DNA of 32,843 bases from the NCBI GenBank assembly GCA_963847445.1, contig CAWJZV010000021.1:1-32843 (forward strand), read 5' to 3'. Source of the stretch: an uncultured delta proteobacterium. Lineage in GTDB: Bacteria; Desulfobacterota; Binatia; UBA9968. Under the pieces are notes generated by a model. The model was given only the letters and a program-made list of their open reading frames with translations, was not told where the DNA came from and did not search any database. Shown in pieces: positions 1 through 9,504 of this stretch. The translations under genes were made by a program, and so were the position numbers. Within the stretch, counting starts at the first letter, position 1; each line of letters starts with the position of its first letter.

Positions 1-17
1 AAACCCATACCGAACTG

Positions 18-1013
18 ATGATGCATAGCGTCAAGTTCGCCAAGGACGAACAGGGGCGGCGCAAGGGGCAGGAGATTCTCTTCAAGTGGCCCGATATCGA
101 AAAGCAGTTGGGCGAGCACAAACATATTTACGTCGTCGACGCCCGGCTGGGCTCGAACAATCACACTCACCGGCTGTGGTACGATGTGATTCCGCCGCAC
201 ACCGAAGAGGGCCAAGAGTGGCGCGGCCTCGGCCATCGCCACACGGTGGAAGCGATCATTTATTTTCTCAAGGGCAAGGGCCACAGCATCATCGATGGCG
301 TGCGCTACGATTGGGGCCCTGGGGATTTACTTAGCGTACCGATGTTTTCCTGGCACCGCCATGTCAACGACGGCGACGAACCGGTGCTGCGGATCGCCTC
401 GACCACTGGACCGTTGTCGTTGGGTCTGGGTCAAGCGGTTTACGAGGATGAGCGGTATCCGGAATTCTGGATCTATGCGCAGGAGGGCGAAGACGCACGC
501 AAGACGTTGATTCCCGGTGGTGGCGGTTCCATCGATAACGGCAAAGTCGGCAGCAACCGGGCCGCCGAGATGTATGCCGAGCAGGTCGCCTTCGCCATGC
601 ATGAAGAGCAGCTGCGGCGTGACAGCAAAGTGTTGGTCAAGCAGAAAGACTTGGTGTTCGAACCGACGGCGATGGGCAATCTCGCCTACGTCGTCGATCC
701 GCGCATCGGTTTTCACGCCAAAGCGCTCGGTGTGGTGATGGCGGAAATTCCGCCGGGCAAACGCTCCGGCGCCCATCGTCATCTCTACGACGAAATCAAT
801 CTGATCGTCGGTGGCAAGGGCAAGGTGATCGTCGAGGATAAGGCATTCGACTTCGACACGCTCGATGTATTATCGATCCCGGTGTTTCAGTGGCACCAGT
901 ATTTCAACACTGGCACGGAGCCGTTGCGCATCCTTGGCATCAACACGCGGTTGGCGATGGACAATCTGGGATTGTCGCTGACGCATCAGGGCGAGCATGC
1001 GGACTACGTGTGA
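18..1013 (+). CDS. Bicupin, gentisate 1,2-dioxygenase-like cupin domain protein
   Basis: Two cupin motif sets: GHRHTVEAIIYFLKGKG...PMFSWHRHVN and GAHRHLYDEINLIVGGKG...PVFQWHQYFN. The start lies near the window edge and is uncertain. Confidence 0.85.
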   Translation: MMHSVKFAKDEQGRRKGQEILFKWPDIEKQLGEHKHIYVVDARLGSNNHTHRLWYDVIPPHTEEGQEWRGLGHRHTVEAIIYFLKGKGHSIIDGVRYDWGPGDLLSVPMFSWHRHVNDGDEPVLRIASTTGPLSLGLGQAVYEDERYPEFWIYAQEGEDARKTLIPGGGGSIDNGKVGSNRAAEMYAEQVAFAMHEEQLRRDSKVLVKQKDLVFEPTAMGNLAYVVDPRIGFHAKALGVVMAEIPPGKRSGAHRHLYDEINLIVGGKGKVIVEDKAFDFDTLDVLSIPVFQWHQYFNTGTEPLRILGINTRLAMDNLGLSLTHQGEHADYV

Positions 1014-1047
1014 GTGGCGTCTTGAAGCATTAGATGAAGGGGGTGTC

Positions 1048-2040
1048 ATGATTCTATTCATTGCACTGCTTCTGATGTTATTCGTCGCATGGCCAATGGG
1101 CTCCCCGGCGGCGGAGGTCGATCTCGCCCGCAAGGAAGGCGAAGTGGTGCTCTACACCACCATGGTCGTGTCGGACTTCCAGGTATTTCACAAGGCGTTG
1201 GTCAAAAAATATCCATTTTTGAAAGTGAATCATGTGCGTCTGGGCGCGGCGACTTTAGTTTCGCGTGCGGTGGCGGAGTTTCGCGCCGGCAAGCATCTCG
1301 CCGATGTTTACGGTGTCAGCCCGGACTCGATGAACTATTTGCGCGATATTGGCGTGCTGGCGAACTACACCAGTCCCGAAGCGAAGTTTATTCACAAGGG
1401 TTTCATGGATCCGAAAGGGTTCTGGTCCGGGATCACGACCGATGTCCTGGTCACCGGTGTCAACACTTCGCAAATCAACGTCAAGGCGGCGCCGCGCCGT
1501 TATGCCGACTACTTGAAGCCGGAATACAAAAACAAGATGGCCTTTCATATCGGCACCAACAATCCTTTGATTGGCATGGCCGAACTCCAGGGCGAGGACA
1601 AGGCGCTGGCCTACATGCGCGCCTTCTCGAAGCAGGGGCCGATCTTACATAACGGTTATACGAAAATTTCCCAGCTGTTGGCGGCCGGTGAGTTTTCTTT
1701 GGTCGCGTTCATGCAGGTGACCAAGCTGGAAAAGATCCGCGAGCGCAACGGACCGGTCGATTGGATACCCCTGGACCCGTCGTTCGCCACAGTCTCCTCG
1801 GTGGCGCTGTCGAAGAACGCGCCCCATTCTAACGCGGCGCGCCTACTGGTTGACTTTTATCTATCGGAAGAAGGACAAAGAGCGCTAAAGGAAATCGACA
1901 AGATTCCTTTGCGCAAAGGTGTCGAGGCGGATTCCAAGCGGGTCGCCGAGCTCATCGAGCAGGCGCCCTATGTCATCAAGTATGAGGGCGACGCGGGGAA
2001 ACATATCAAGCAGTTCAACGAGATTTTTTTGGGCAGATGA
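1048..2040 (+). CDS. Extracellular solute-binding protein (Fe3+/thiamine/AfuA-like ABC SBP)
   Basis: Signal peptide after ATG 1048 (GAAGGGGG upstream); ARKEGEVVLYTT, LLAAGEF and NAPHSNAARLLVDFYLSEEGQ motifs. Confidence 0.85.
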   Translation: MILFIALLLMLFVAWPMGSPAAEVDLARKEGEVVLYTTMVVSDFQVFHKALVKKYPFLKVNHVRLGAATLVSRAVAEFRAGKHLADVYGVSPDSMNYLRDIGVLANYTSPEAKFIHKGFMDPKGFWSGITTDVLVTGVNTSQINVKAAPRRYADYLKPEYKNKMAFHIGTNNPLIGMAELQGEDKALAYMRAFSKQGPILHNGYTKISQLLAAGEFSLVAFMQVTKLEKIRERNGPVDWIPLDPSFATVSSVALSKNAPHSNAARLLVDFYLSEEGQRALKEIDKIPLRKGVEADSKRVAELIEQAPYVIKYEGDAGKHIKQFNEIFLGR

Positions 2041-2094
2041 AGGATCGTCGACCTGAATCATTAATGTAACAGCGGCGGAATGAATCGGGTCTTC

Positions 2095-2153
2095 GTAGGG
2101 GCAGGCCCCTGTGCCTGCCCTCCGGACGGGCAACCACGGGGGGTTGCCCCTAC
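2095..2153. repeat. GTAG-type REP doublet (REPIN-like)
   Basis: GTAGGGGCAGGCCCCTGTGCCTGCCC followed by the inverted unit GGGCAACCACGGGGGGTTGCCCCTAC; each unit is a short palindrome with a terminal GTAG/CTAC. Confidence 0.8.
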
Positions 2154-2182
2154 AAGCCGGGGTGACGGAGCTGGAGTGAAAC

Positions 2183-3433
2183 ATGGAAGTTAAATTTGGT
2201 TTGTTTAGCTGTGACTCGCATGCGCAGTTGGACCGCGATGCTTGGACGAAGAGAATGTCCAAGCATAAATGGGGCGAACGGATACCGCAGATCGTCGAGG
2301 TCGACGAGGACGGCAAGCAGGTCGACCGCTGGATGGTCAACGGCAAAGTGCGCAGCGAATGGGTGTGCAACTGTCCAGCGGCGATGGCCGGGCGGCGTGG
2401 CGCGCGGCTATTATCCGCGGCGCTGGGAGGAAGTGCCGAAGATCGTCTACGATCCCGCCGAACGGCTAAAAGCGCTGGACGAGGATCGGGTCGACGGCGA
2501 GGTGCTCTACCCCAACGGGCCGGTGTCGAACTTCGCGTTTCTTCAGGCCGATGCCGAGTTCGAGCTCGCCTGCGTGCAGGCGCATAACGATGCCCTGGCG
2601 GAATGGCGCGAAGTCAGCGACCGCTATGTGCCGGTGGCGATCATTCCATACATGAGCGAGATCGACGTGGTCGTCGCCGAAGTCGAGCGCTCGGTCAAGC
2701 GCGGCCACCGCGGCGTGGTCATGTTGGCCGAGCCGGCGTTTACGAAGAAAGGGCTCAAGCGCATGAACGATCCGTTTTGGGAGCCGCTCTGGGCTTGCTG
2801 CGCCGACTTGGGCGTGCCGATGCACTGGCATGGCTCGTCGGGGCTGGTCGAGCAGCTGTCGCTGCCCAAGTGGAATGGTTTCACAAAAAAGAATTCCACA
2901 CCGTCTCGACTTCGCGCTTGTGCGCGACGCCGGCGCAGCTGATTCCCAATTTAATATTTTCCGGCATTCTCGACCGCCATCCCCAGCTCAATTGGGCCTG
3001 CGCCGAGACCGGCTTCGGCTGGGTCAGCTATGTGCTCGAAGCCAGCGATCACGAGTGGGAGACCCGCCAGCTGTGGAAGGAAGGCCTCAAGACCCGACCG
3101 AGCGAAGTGTTTCGCCGGCAAATCTACGTCGACTTCTGGTACGAGAAGGCCGGCATCGAATTGCGCGAATGGGTCGGCGTCGACAATATCATGTGGGAGT
3201 CGGACTATCCGCATATCGCCGCGACTTATCCGCGGTCGTGGAGTTTTGTCGAGGAGTCGCTGATGGGTGTGCCGGAAGATGAGCGCAAGAAAATGTGTTA
3301 CGGCAATGCGCTGCGGCTGTATGGGGTCGGTTTGAGTAAGCTAGTTCTTTTCCGTCATGCCGGTGAAAACCGGCATCCAGGTTGTTGTTGCGGGGTTGGT
3401 TCGAATGCTGGATTGCGGCCTACGCCGGAATGA
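2183..3433 (+). CDS. Amidohydrolase_2 family protein (LigW/ACMSD-like), split by two compensating frameshifts
   Basis: SCDSHAQ N-terminus in ORF 2183; YDPAERLKALDEDRVDGEVLYPN and PMHWH in ORF 2196; AETGFGW and WESDYPH in ORF 2603. Shifts near 2386 (+1) and in the A-run at 2885-2890 (-1). Family similarity ends near 3330. Confidence 0.8.
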
Positions 3434-3434
3434 C
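3353..3434. repeat. CGTC-type REP doublet
   Basis: CGTCATGCCGGTGAAAACCGGCATCCAG ... CTGGATTGCGGCCTACGCCGGAATGAC inverted pair. Confidence 0.75.
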
Positions 3435-3477
3435 TCCGATAATTGCGCAACCCTATTGAGGCGAAAGAAACAGTTGC

Positions 3478-4618
3478 ATGCCAACCAACAATAAATTCAT
3501 CAGTGTCGACGAACATGTCCAGGAACATCCCGAGGTGTGGACCAAGCGCTTATCTCGCGCCAAGTGGGGCGAGCGCATGCCGCATCTGGCAAAAAATTCT
3601 AACGGCAAGGAGCGTTGGTTGATCGACGGGCGGGAGATCGCGATGGACGGCGTCGCCGATTGCGGCGCGGTGATGTCACAGCGAACGGAAAACCCGCAGC
3701 GCTGGGCCGACGTGCCGGCGGTGGTGTCACGATCCCAAGGAACGGTTGAAAGCGATGGACGCGGCGGGCATCGACTATGCGGTGCTCTATCCAACCGTGG
3801 CCGGGATTGGCGGGCAAAATTTCGGCCGCATCGAAGATGGCGAGTTGGAACTCGCTTGCGTGCAAGCCTACAACGACTGGCTGCTCGAAGAGTGGGCGGG
3901 CGTCAGTCCGCGCTTCGTGCCGCAGTGCATCGTGCCGCTGGCGCCGATCGAGTCGACGGTTACGGAAATCCGCCGCTGCGTCGCCAACGGCCACCGCGGC
4001 GTGATCTATCCATCGATTCCCATGGAGTTGCGCGAATTGCCGCATATCAACGATGCGGTTTACGATCCGGTGTGGGCGGTGTGCCAGGAGCTCGGCGTGC
4101 CGATCTGTTTTCATGCCGGCGCGTCGGCGAAGATTCAAATTCCCGCGTATGAAGGTTACGCACCGGCGACCGCGGCGGCGATTGAGGCGATCACCCGGCC
4201 GGCGAGTTCGGTTTCGGTTTTGGTTAATCTTTTGATCTCAAAAATTTTAATGCGCTTCCCCAAACTAAAAATCGTCTTGGCCGAAAGCGGGCTCGGCTGG
4301 GGCGCCTATTTACTGGAGTACACCGACTTTCAGGCCACCGGCGACCAGTTGCCGCAGAACGGCTACGATCTCATGCCGTCGGAGCTGTTCAAGCGGCAAT
4401 GTTACCTGGTCGGCTGGTACGATCGCGCCAGCCTGCGCGTGCGTGACTATATCGGCACGGACAATATTTTATGGTCGAGCCAATTCCCGCAAGCGACCTC
4501 AACCTGGCCGAATACCCAAGCGGCGCTGGCGAAAAGTTTCGCCGGCGTGGCGGACGCCGATAAACAGAAAATCCTGTGGCAGAACGCGGCGCAGTTGTAC
4601 AAGATCTCGGTTGCGTGA
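3478..4618 (+). CDS. Amidohydrolase_2 family protein, frameshifted near 3728
   Basis: ISVDEHVQE N-terminus (ORF 3478) joins V(Y)DPKERLKAMDAAGIDYAVLYP (frame of ORF 3746); PICFH and AESGLGW present; C-terminal motif reads WSSQFPQ. Confidence 0.8.
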
Positions 4619-4655
4619 ATGACTTCTTATCGTGAATAGTTATGGAGCATTAACC

Positions 4656-5336
4656 ATGTCTCATTGGCCCAACATACGCCCGACCATCGATGCAATGGTC
4701 AACCGGCAGTTCGATACCCCTGAGTTCAAAAAACTGTTCGCCGTGAAGCTCACGCCCGGCCGTGTAGCAGTCTACCAAAATCATATGACCTTCTACGCCA
4801 ACAACCGGCGCGACTGCTGGGCGTTTGTTTCCGGCAAGGCGCCGCTTGAAGTCAAGCGGGCGATCTGGGCCCATGAGAAAGACGAGCTGATCCACGACGA
4901 GCGCATGGGCCGCGCCCATGTGACCGAAGACGACTTGCAGTTGGCCGACGAGTCGCAGCTCTCGCCCGGCGCCAAGGCCGCGCATTACGCTTGGCTTTAC
5001 TGTGCGCGGGAGAAGCCCTGGTTGGAGGGTTTGATCTACTCGCATATCCTCGAAAGGCGCAACAACAACGCCATCGTCAAAGGCGGCGGTTTGGTCGAGC
5101 GCTGGAAGCGCAAGCAGCGGGCGGAGCTCGGAATGAAGACCGCGGAAAAGGATTTCCAGACCGAAGTTCACGCGGTGGCTGACGAGGATCATTCAGATAT
5201 CTTCGAGCCGATCTTCCAACGCTACGTCGACAGCGAAGCGGCGGCGCAGGCCGTGTTGGCGGCGACGCGCGATGGCTTGCTGATCGACCGCGCCTTGCGC
5301 GGCGCCCTCGCCGATGCGATGTTGGCGGTGGAATGA
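4656..5336 (+). CDS. Heme-oxygenase-like diiron protein (PqqC/CADD/TenA-like fold)
   Basis: About 226 aa, predicted helical, with HEKDE...RAH, HILE and HAVADEDH candidate metal ligands; GGAG RBS before ATG 4656. Confidence 0.65.
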   Translation: MSHWPNIRPTIDAMVNRQFDTPEFKKLFAVKLTPGRVAVYQNHMTFYANNRRDCWAFVSGKAPLEVKRAIWAHEKDELIHDERMGRAHVTEDDLQLADESQLSPGAKAAHYAWLYCAREKPWLEGLIYSHILERRNNNAIVKGGGLVERWKRKQRAELGMKTAEKDFQTEVHAVADEDHSDIFEPIFQRYVDSEAAAQAVLAATRDGLLIDRALRGALADAMLAVE

Positions 5337-5428
5337 GGATCGATGGGAGATCGGAACATAGGCACATAGGTGATCGCGTAATTTTTCATAAGTAATTACT
5401 GAGTCAAATCAAAACGGAGGAAACAAAC

Positions 5429-6521
5429 ATGGCAGACACACCGGTCACGGCGGAAGATGAAGTTAAGGAACGGGTTGCGTATGTTTCGCCCTACGAACAG
5501 TGGAAAAAAGACGAAGGCTTGCCGACCTATCGCGGTTTGGCGATTAAAGATGTTAACGCGGTTGAGTTAGCACCCTGGAAGTCCAGCGGTGAGGGCATGG
5601 CGGCGTTTCTCAATCTAGAGGGCACCGGCGGCTTTAACGATTCCTATATCGCGGAAATCCCGCCGGGGAAATCGCTCAAGGCGCACCGCCACTTGTTCGA
5701 GGAAACCATCTACATTCTCAAAGGCCAGGGCGCGACTTCGGTGTGGATCGACCCGACCAAGCAAAGAAACCTTCGAATGGCAAGAGGGCAGCTATTTCGC
5801 GATCCCGATGAATGCTTGGCATGAGCATCACAACGCGTCAGGTTTGGATTCGGCGCGCTACATCGCCATGACCAGCGCGCCGCGGGTGATCGACACGTTC
5901 AACAATCACGAATTCGTTTTCGAGAATCCGTTTGTCTTCAAAGACCGTTACAACTCTGAGGAAGGTTACTTCAAGCAAGCCGCCCCGGCGCAGCAGTGGG
6001 CGACCAACTTCGTCGCCGACGTGCGCGTGTGCGAGACTTATTCAGGCGGTTTCGATCGCGGCGGCGGCGCCAAGAGCACGGTGTTTCGCATGGTCAAGCA
6101 GACGGTGAAGTCTCACGTCTCGCACTGGGGCGTCGGCGCTTACAAGAAAGCGCACCGCCATGGTCCAGGCATTCACGTTTTGATCATCCGCGGCACCGGC
6201 TACTCGATCCTCTGGCATGAAAACAAACCGTTGGAGCGCGTCGAATGGGGCCCCGGCAGCGTGTTCGTGCCGCCGGAAATGTGGTTTCACCAGCACTTCA
6301 ACGGCAGCGCCGAGCCGGTGTTCTTCCTCGCCATCGGTTGGGGCAGCGACAAGCCGAAAGCCGGCGGCAAGGCTTATGTCTACAAGAGCGTCAAGGAAGG
6401 CGGCGATCAGATCGAGTACGAAGACGAAGATCCGCAGATCCACGCCGAGTTCGAAGTGGCGATGAAGAAAGCAGGCGCGCGCTGCAAGATGGACTATCAT
6501 CCGCATTGCACGATGAAGTGA
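5429..6521 (+). CDS. Bicupin protein, frameshifted near 5762
   Basis: KAHRHLFEETIYILKGQG (ORF 5429) continues as TFEWQEGSYFAIPMNAWHEHHN ... YKKAHRHGPG ... MWFHQHFN (ORF 5808 frame); GGAGG RBS; paralogue of 23396-24547. Confidence 0.8.
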
Positions 6522-6555
6522 ATCCGGGTCGAGGAGCGACGATGGAGGATTGAAG

Positions 6556-7638
6556 ATGGCGCCGAGGAAATTGCTGGCCTATTCGCTGATTTCATTGGTG
6601 TTAGTTTGTCCGCTGTTCTCAAGCGCCCATGCCGCGTCTATCGAAGCGCTTTACAGCGAGATCAACAAACTGCCGCCGGCGCAGCGGCAAAAGCGCCTTG
6701 AGGACGGCGCGCGCAAGGAAGGCGGTTTCAAGTTTTACGGCATTTCCGCCGCCTCGCTGCTCGCCGCTTATACGGCAGGCTTCATGAAGCGCTATCCGTT
6801 CATCAAGGCGGAGTACTGGCGTGGCAGCGGCAACAAACTGGTGTTTCGCACCCTGACGGAGCACCGCGCCGGCCAGCTCGATACCGACGCGGTGCTGGTC
6901 GGCACGGAAAATGTCATGGCGCTCAAGCGCTCGGGCATATGGGCGCGCTATTATTCACCCGAGTCGGTGAATTTCGGCAAAGAGTACACGGATAAGGATG
7001 GTTTTTGGCACGCCGATAGTTTGGGCGTGTCGACCCTGGGCTACAACACCAAGCTGGTCAAGAAAGAAGAGGCGCCGAAAGGCTACGACGATCTCTTCGA
7101 CGCCAAGTGGAAGGGCGGTCTATCCATCGATTTGGAACCGGAGCGGGCGTTGATGGGATGGTTGACCGCTTGGGGCGAGCAGAAGACCCGCGCCTTCGTC
7201 GACGGATTGATCAAACATGGCGCCGTCGTGCGGCGCGGCCATACGCTGCAAGCGCAGCTCTTGTGCGCCGGTGAATTCAAAGTCGCCGTGGAAATCTATC
7301 CGGATGGGCTCTTGCGCATGAAGCAAGGCGGTTGCCCGGCCGCGCTGGTGTTTCCCAATCCAACGCCGGCGCATATCAGCGGCGCCATCGGCATCTACAC
7401 CAATACAAAAAATCCCCATGCCGCCGCGCTGTTCCTTGACTATATGAAATCGGCGGAGGGCGCCAAGATTCTGGCGTCGACCGGCAGGATCTCCGGGCGC
7501 AAAGGCGTCAAGTCGCTGTACGATGAACTCAACAACTTCGAAGAGCGAGGGATTCCGCTATTGATTGTCGGACCGGAGCAGTCCGAGTTGGTGTCCAAAC
7601 CGATGGAAAAAATCATGAAGGATATTTTGGTGCCGTAA
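6556..7638 (+). CDS. Extracellular solute-binding protein (Fe3+/thiamine-type ABC SBP)
   Basis: Signal peptide ending in AHA; GARKEGG, LGYNTKLV, QLLCAGEF and NPHAAALFLDY motifs; paralogue of 1048-2040. Confidence 0.85.
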   Translation: MAPRKLLAYSLISLVLVCPLFSSAHAASIEALYSEINKLPPAQRQKRLEDGARKEGGFKFYGISAASLLAAYTAGFMKRYPFIKAEYWRGSGNKLVFRTLTEHRAGQLDTDAVLVGTENVMALKRSGIWARYYSPESVNFGKEYTDKDGFWHADSLGVSTLGYNTKLVKKEEAPKGYDDLFDAKWKGGLSIDLEPERALMGWLTAWGEQKTRAFVDGLIKHGAVVRRGHTLQAQLLCAGEFKVAVEIYPDGLLRMKQGGCPAALVFPNPTPAHISGAIGIYTNTKNPHAAALFLDYMKSAEGAKILASTGRISGRKGVKSLYDELNNFEERGIPLLIVGPEQSELVSKPMEKIMKDILVP

Positions 7639-7661
7639 GGGCGAGTTGCGAGAATTTTCTC

Positions 7662-7943
7662 ACCACGAAGTGAATCATGATCTTACGCTCGTCTACAGAA
7701 TATAAAAACGGATGGGATTCCCTCCATAGGCGGTCTGCTTGACGCGTCATTCCCGCGCACGCGGGAATCCAGGTTTGGTCTACGCCCAAATTAGCCTGGA
7801 TACCCGCTTTCGCGGGTATGACGGAACCCAGGTGCCCTCTTCATTGTGGAGACCCTCCCCTTACATGTATTTTCTAAGGAGACCACGAAGGGTTTGGATA
7901 ATTAAACTGCGAACTTCGTGCTCTTCGTGTCCTTCGTGGTGAA
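7662..7943. repeat. Composite repeat: CACGAAG/CTTCGTG tandem hairpin with an internal CGTC-type REP doublet (7745-7823)
   Basis: ACCACGAAG at 7662 and 7882, CTTCGTGCTCTTCGTGTCCTTCGTGGTG at the right end; inner CGTCATTCCCGCGCACGCGGGAATCCAGG...CCTGGATACCCGCTTTCGCGGGTATGACG. Confidence 0.8.
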
Positions 7944-8040
7944 TACTTTAAATCGTCGTGCAAGGGCTATTCACATAACTAGGTAAAGATTGAAATTTTG
8001 AGTGAGCATTCGATGAGAGACCCGAGGAGGATTTGCTTCA

Positions 8041-9205
8041 ATGGCCCGCAAGTACCGTTATTTTTCCGCCGATAGTCATTACGAATCGCTGCCGGAGACC
8101 TGGACGCACCGGGTGCCGGCCAAGTATCGCGACCGCGCGCCGCGCCGCATCAAGCTCGCCGACGGGCGCGATGCCATCGTCGAAGAGGGCCAGCCGCTGG
8201 AATACCGCGGCACCAATTTGTTCGCCGGCAAGGGACCGGAGAATTTCAATCCGACTCGTCTCGACTTCGAAAGCTCGGTCGGCGCCGGTTCGCCGCAAGC
8301 AGCGCTTAAAAGAGCAAGACGCCGACGGCATCGACGGCGAGTTGTTGTTTGCCACCGAAGCGCGCAACACCAAGATTAAAGACCGCGATGCATTTCTCGG
8401 TATCATTCAAGCGTTCAACGACTATTTCATCGAGGAGTATTGCGCCGTCGACCGCGACCGTTTGATCGGCGTGGCGGTGATGCCGGATATCGGTGCTGAC
8501 GAAAACGTCGCTGAGATCAAGCGCTGCAAAGAAAAAGGCTTCAAAGCGGTGCGCTTGCACACCTTCCCGAGCGGCAAGAATTCTCCGAGTCCTGAAGACG
8601 ACAAGTTCTGGGCGGCGGCGATCGATCTCGATATGCCGGTGACGATCCACACTTCGTTTCCGCGCCGCACCGACGAGCGCGACGTTTACTTGATGAAGTA
8701 TCCGAAAGATCCCCAGGGCGAGGATCGGCCCTTCGATTTCCTCCAGCGCCTGGCGCGCCAGGGGATTTATCACTGTGGCGCGGTGGAGGCGACGCAGTTG
8801 ATTTTCACCGGCGTGTTCGACCGCTTCCCCAAACTGCAAATTTTCTGGGCGGAGAACAACATCGGCTGGATTCCCTATTTCTACCAGCAGATGGACCAGA
8901 CCTATAAGGTCAACTGCCACTGGGCGGAAAAACTTTTGGGCTTGCCCCGGCTGAAAAAGCTGCCCAGTGAATACCTGCGCGAGCATGCCCACTGGGGCGT
9001 CTTCGACGATCCCATCGGCATTCAGTTGCGCCACATGGTCGGCGTCGACAAAGTCATGTGGTCCACCGACTTCCCGCACATCGTCACGCGCTGGCCGAAA
9101 TCGCGCGACTTGGCCGACGAGCAGTTTGCCGGCGTGCCGGACAACGAAAAGCAGGCGATGTTCGCGGGCAATGCCGTAAAGTTTTTTCACCTCGATGCGC
9201 TGTGA
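8041..9205 (+). CDS. Amidohydrolase_2 family protein, frameshifted near 8298
   Basis: FSADSHYE N-terminus (ORF 8041, GAGGAGG RBS) joins QRLKEQDADGIDGELLF, PVTIH, AENNIGW and WSTDFPH (ORF 8033 frame). Confidence 0.85.
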
Positions 9206-9215
9206 AGATAAAACC

Positions 9216-9477
9216 CGTTCCAATCGTTCCAAACGTTCAAGCCGTTCAAATCGTCGACTGAGGGGAGTCGGATTCGGAAGGATTGGCCGCAAAGAACGCA
9301 AAGAACACAAAAAAAATTTCAGGATCGTAGGGGCGGGTTTAAAACCCGCCCTCTTTGCTCTGTAGGATGGGTGGAGTGAAGCGATACCCATCGATTTCAG
9401 AATCGCGCCGCGAAGTTGGCGGCAGTGCATAGCGTCTTCCTGAAGAAGTCCCGAGGGCGTATGCAATACGCCCCGAC
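9216..9477. repeat. Cluster of intergenic repeats between convergent genes
   Basis: 9-mer tandem CGTTCCAAT/CGTTCCAAA/CGTTCAAGC/CGTTCAAAT (9216-9254); CGCAAAGAA tandem (9281-9312); GTAG REPs at 9327-9352 and 9362-9392; inverted REP at 9454-9477. Confidence 0.8.
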
Positions 9478-9504
9478 GATTCGGATCAACGCGACGACGA
9501 GTTG

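Noticed and set aside
2881-2892. Programmed -1 frameshift at the A-run (AAAAAAG)
   Set aside because: The same gene has a second, non-slippery indel and indels are window-wide; a homopolymer error is more parsimonious.
9216-9477. CRISPR array
   Set aside because: There is no constant repeat with unique, regularly sized spacers and no cas genes; these are REP and tandem hairpin repeats.
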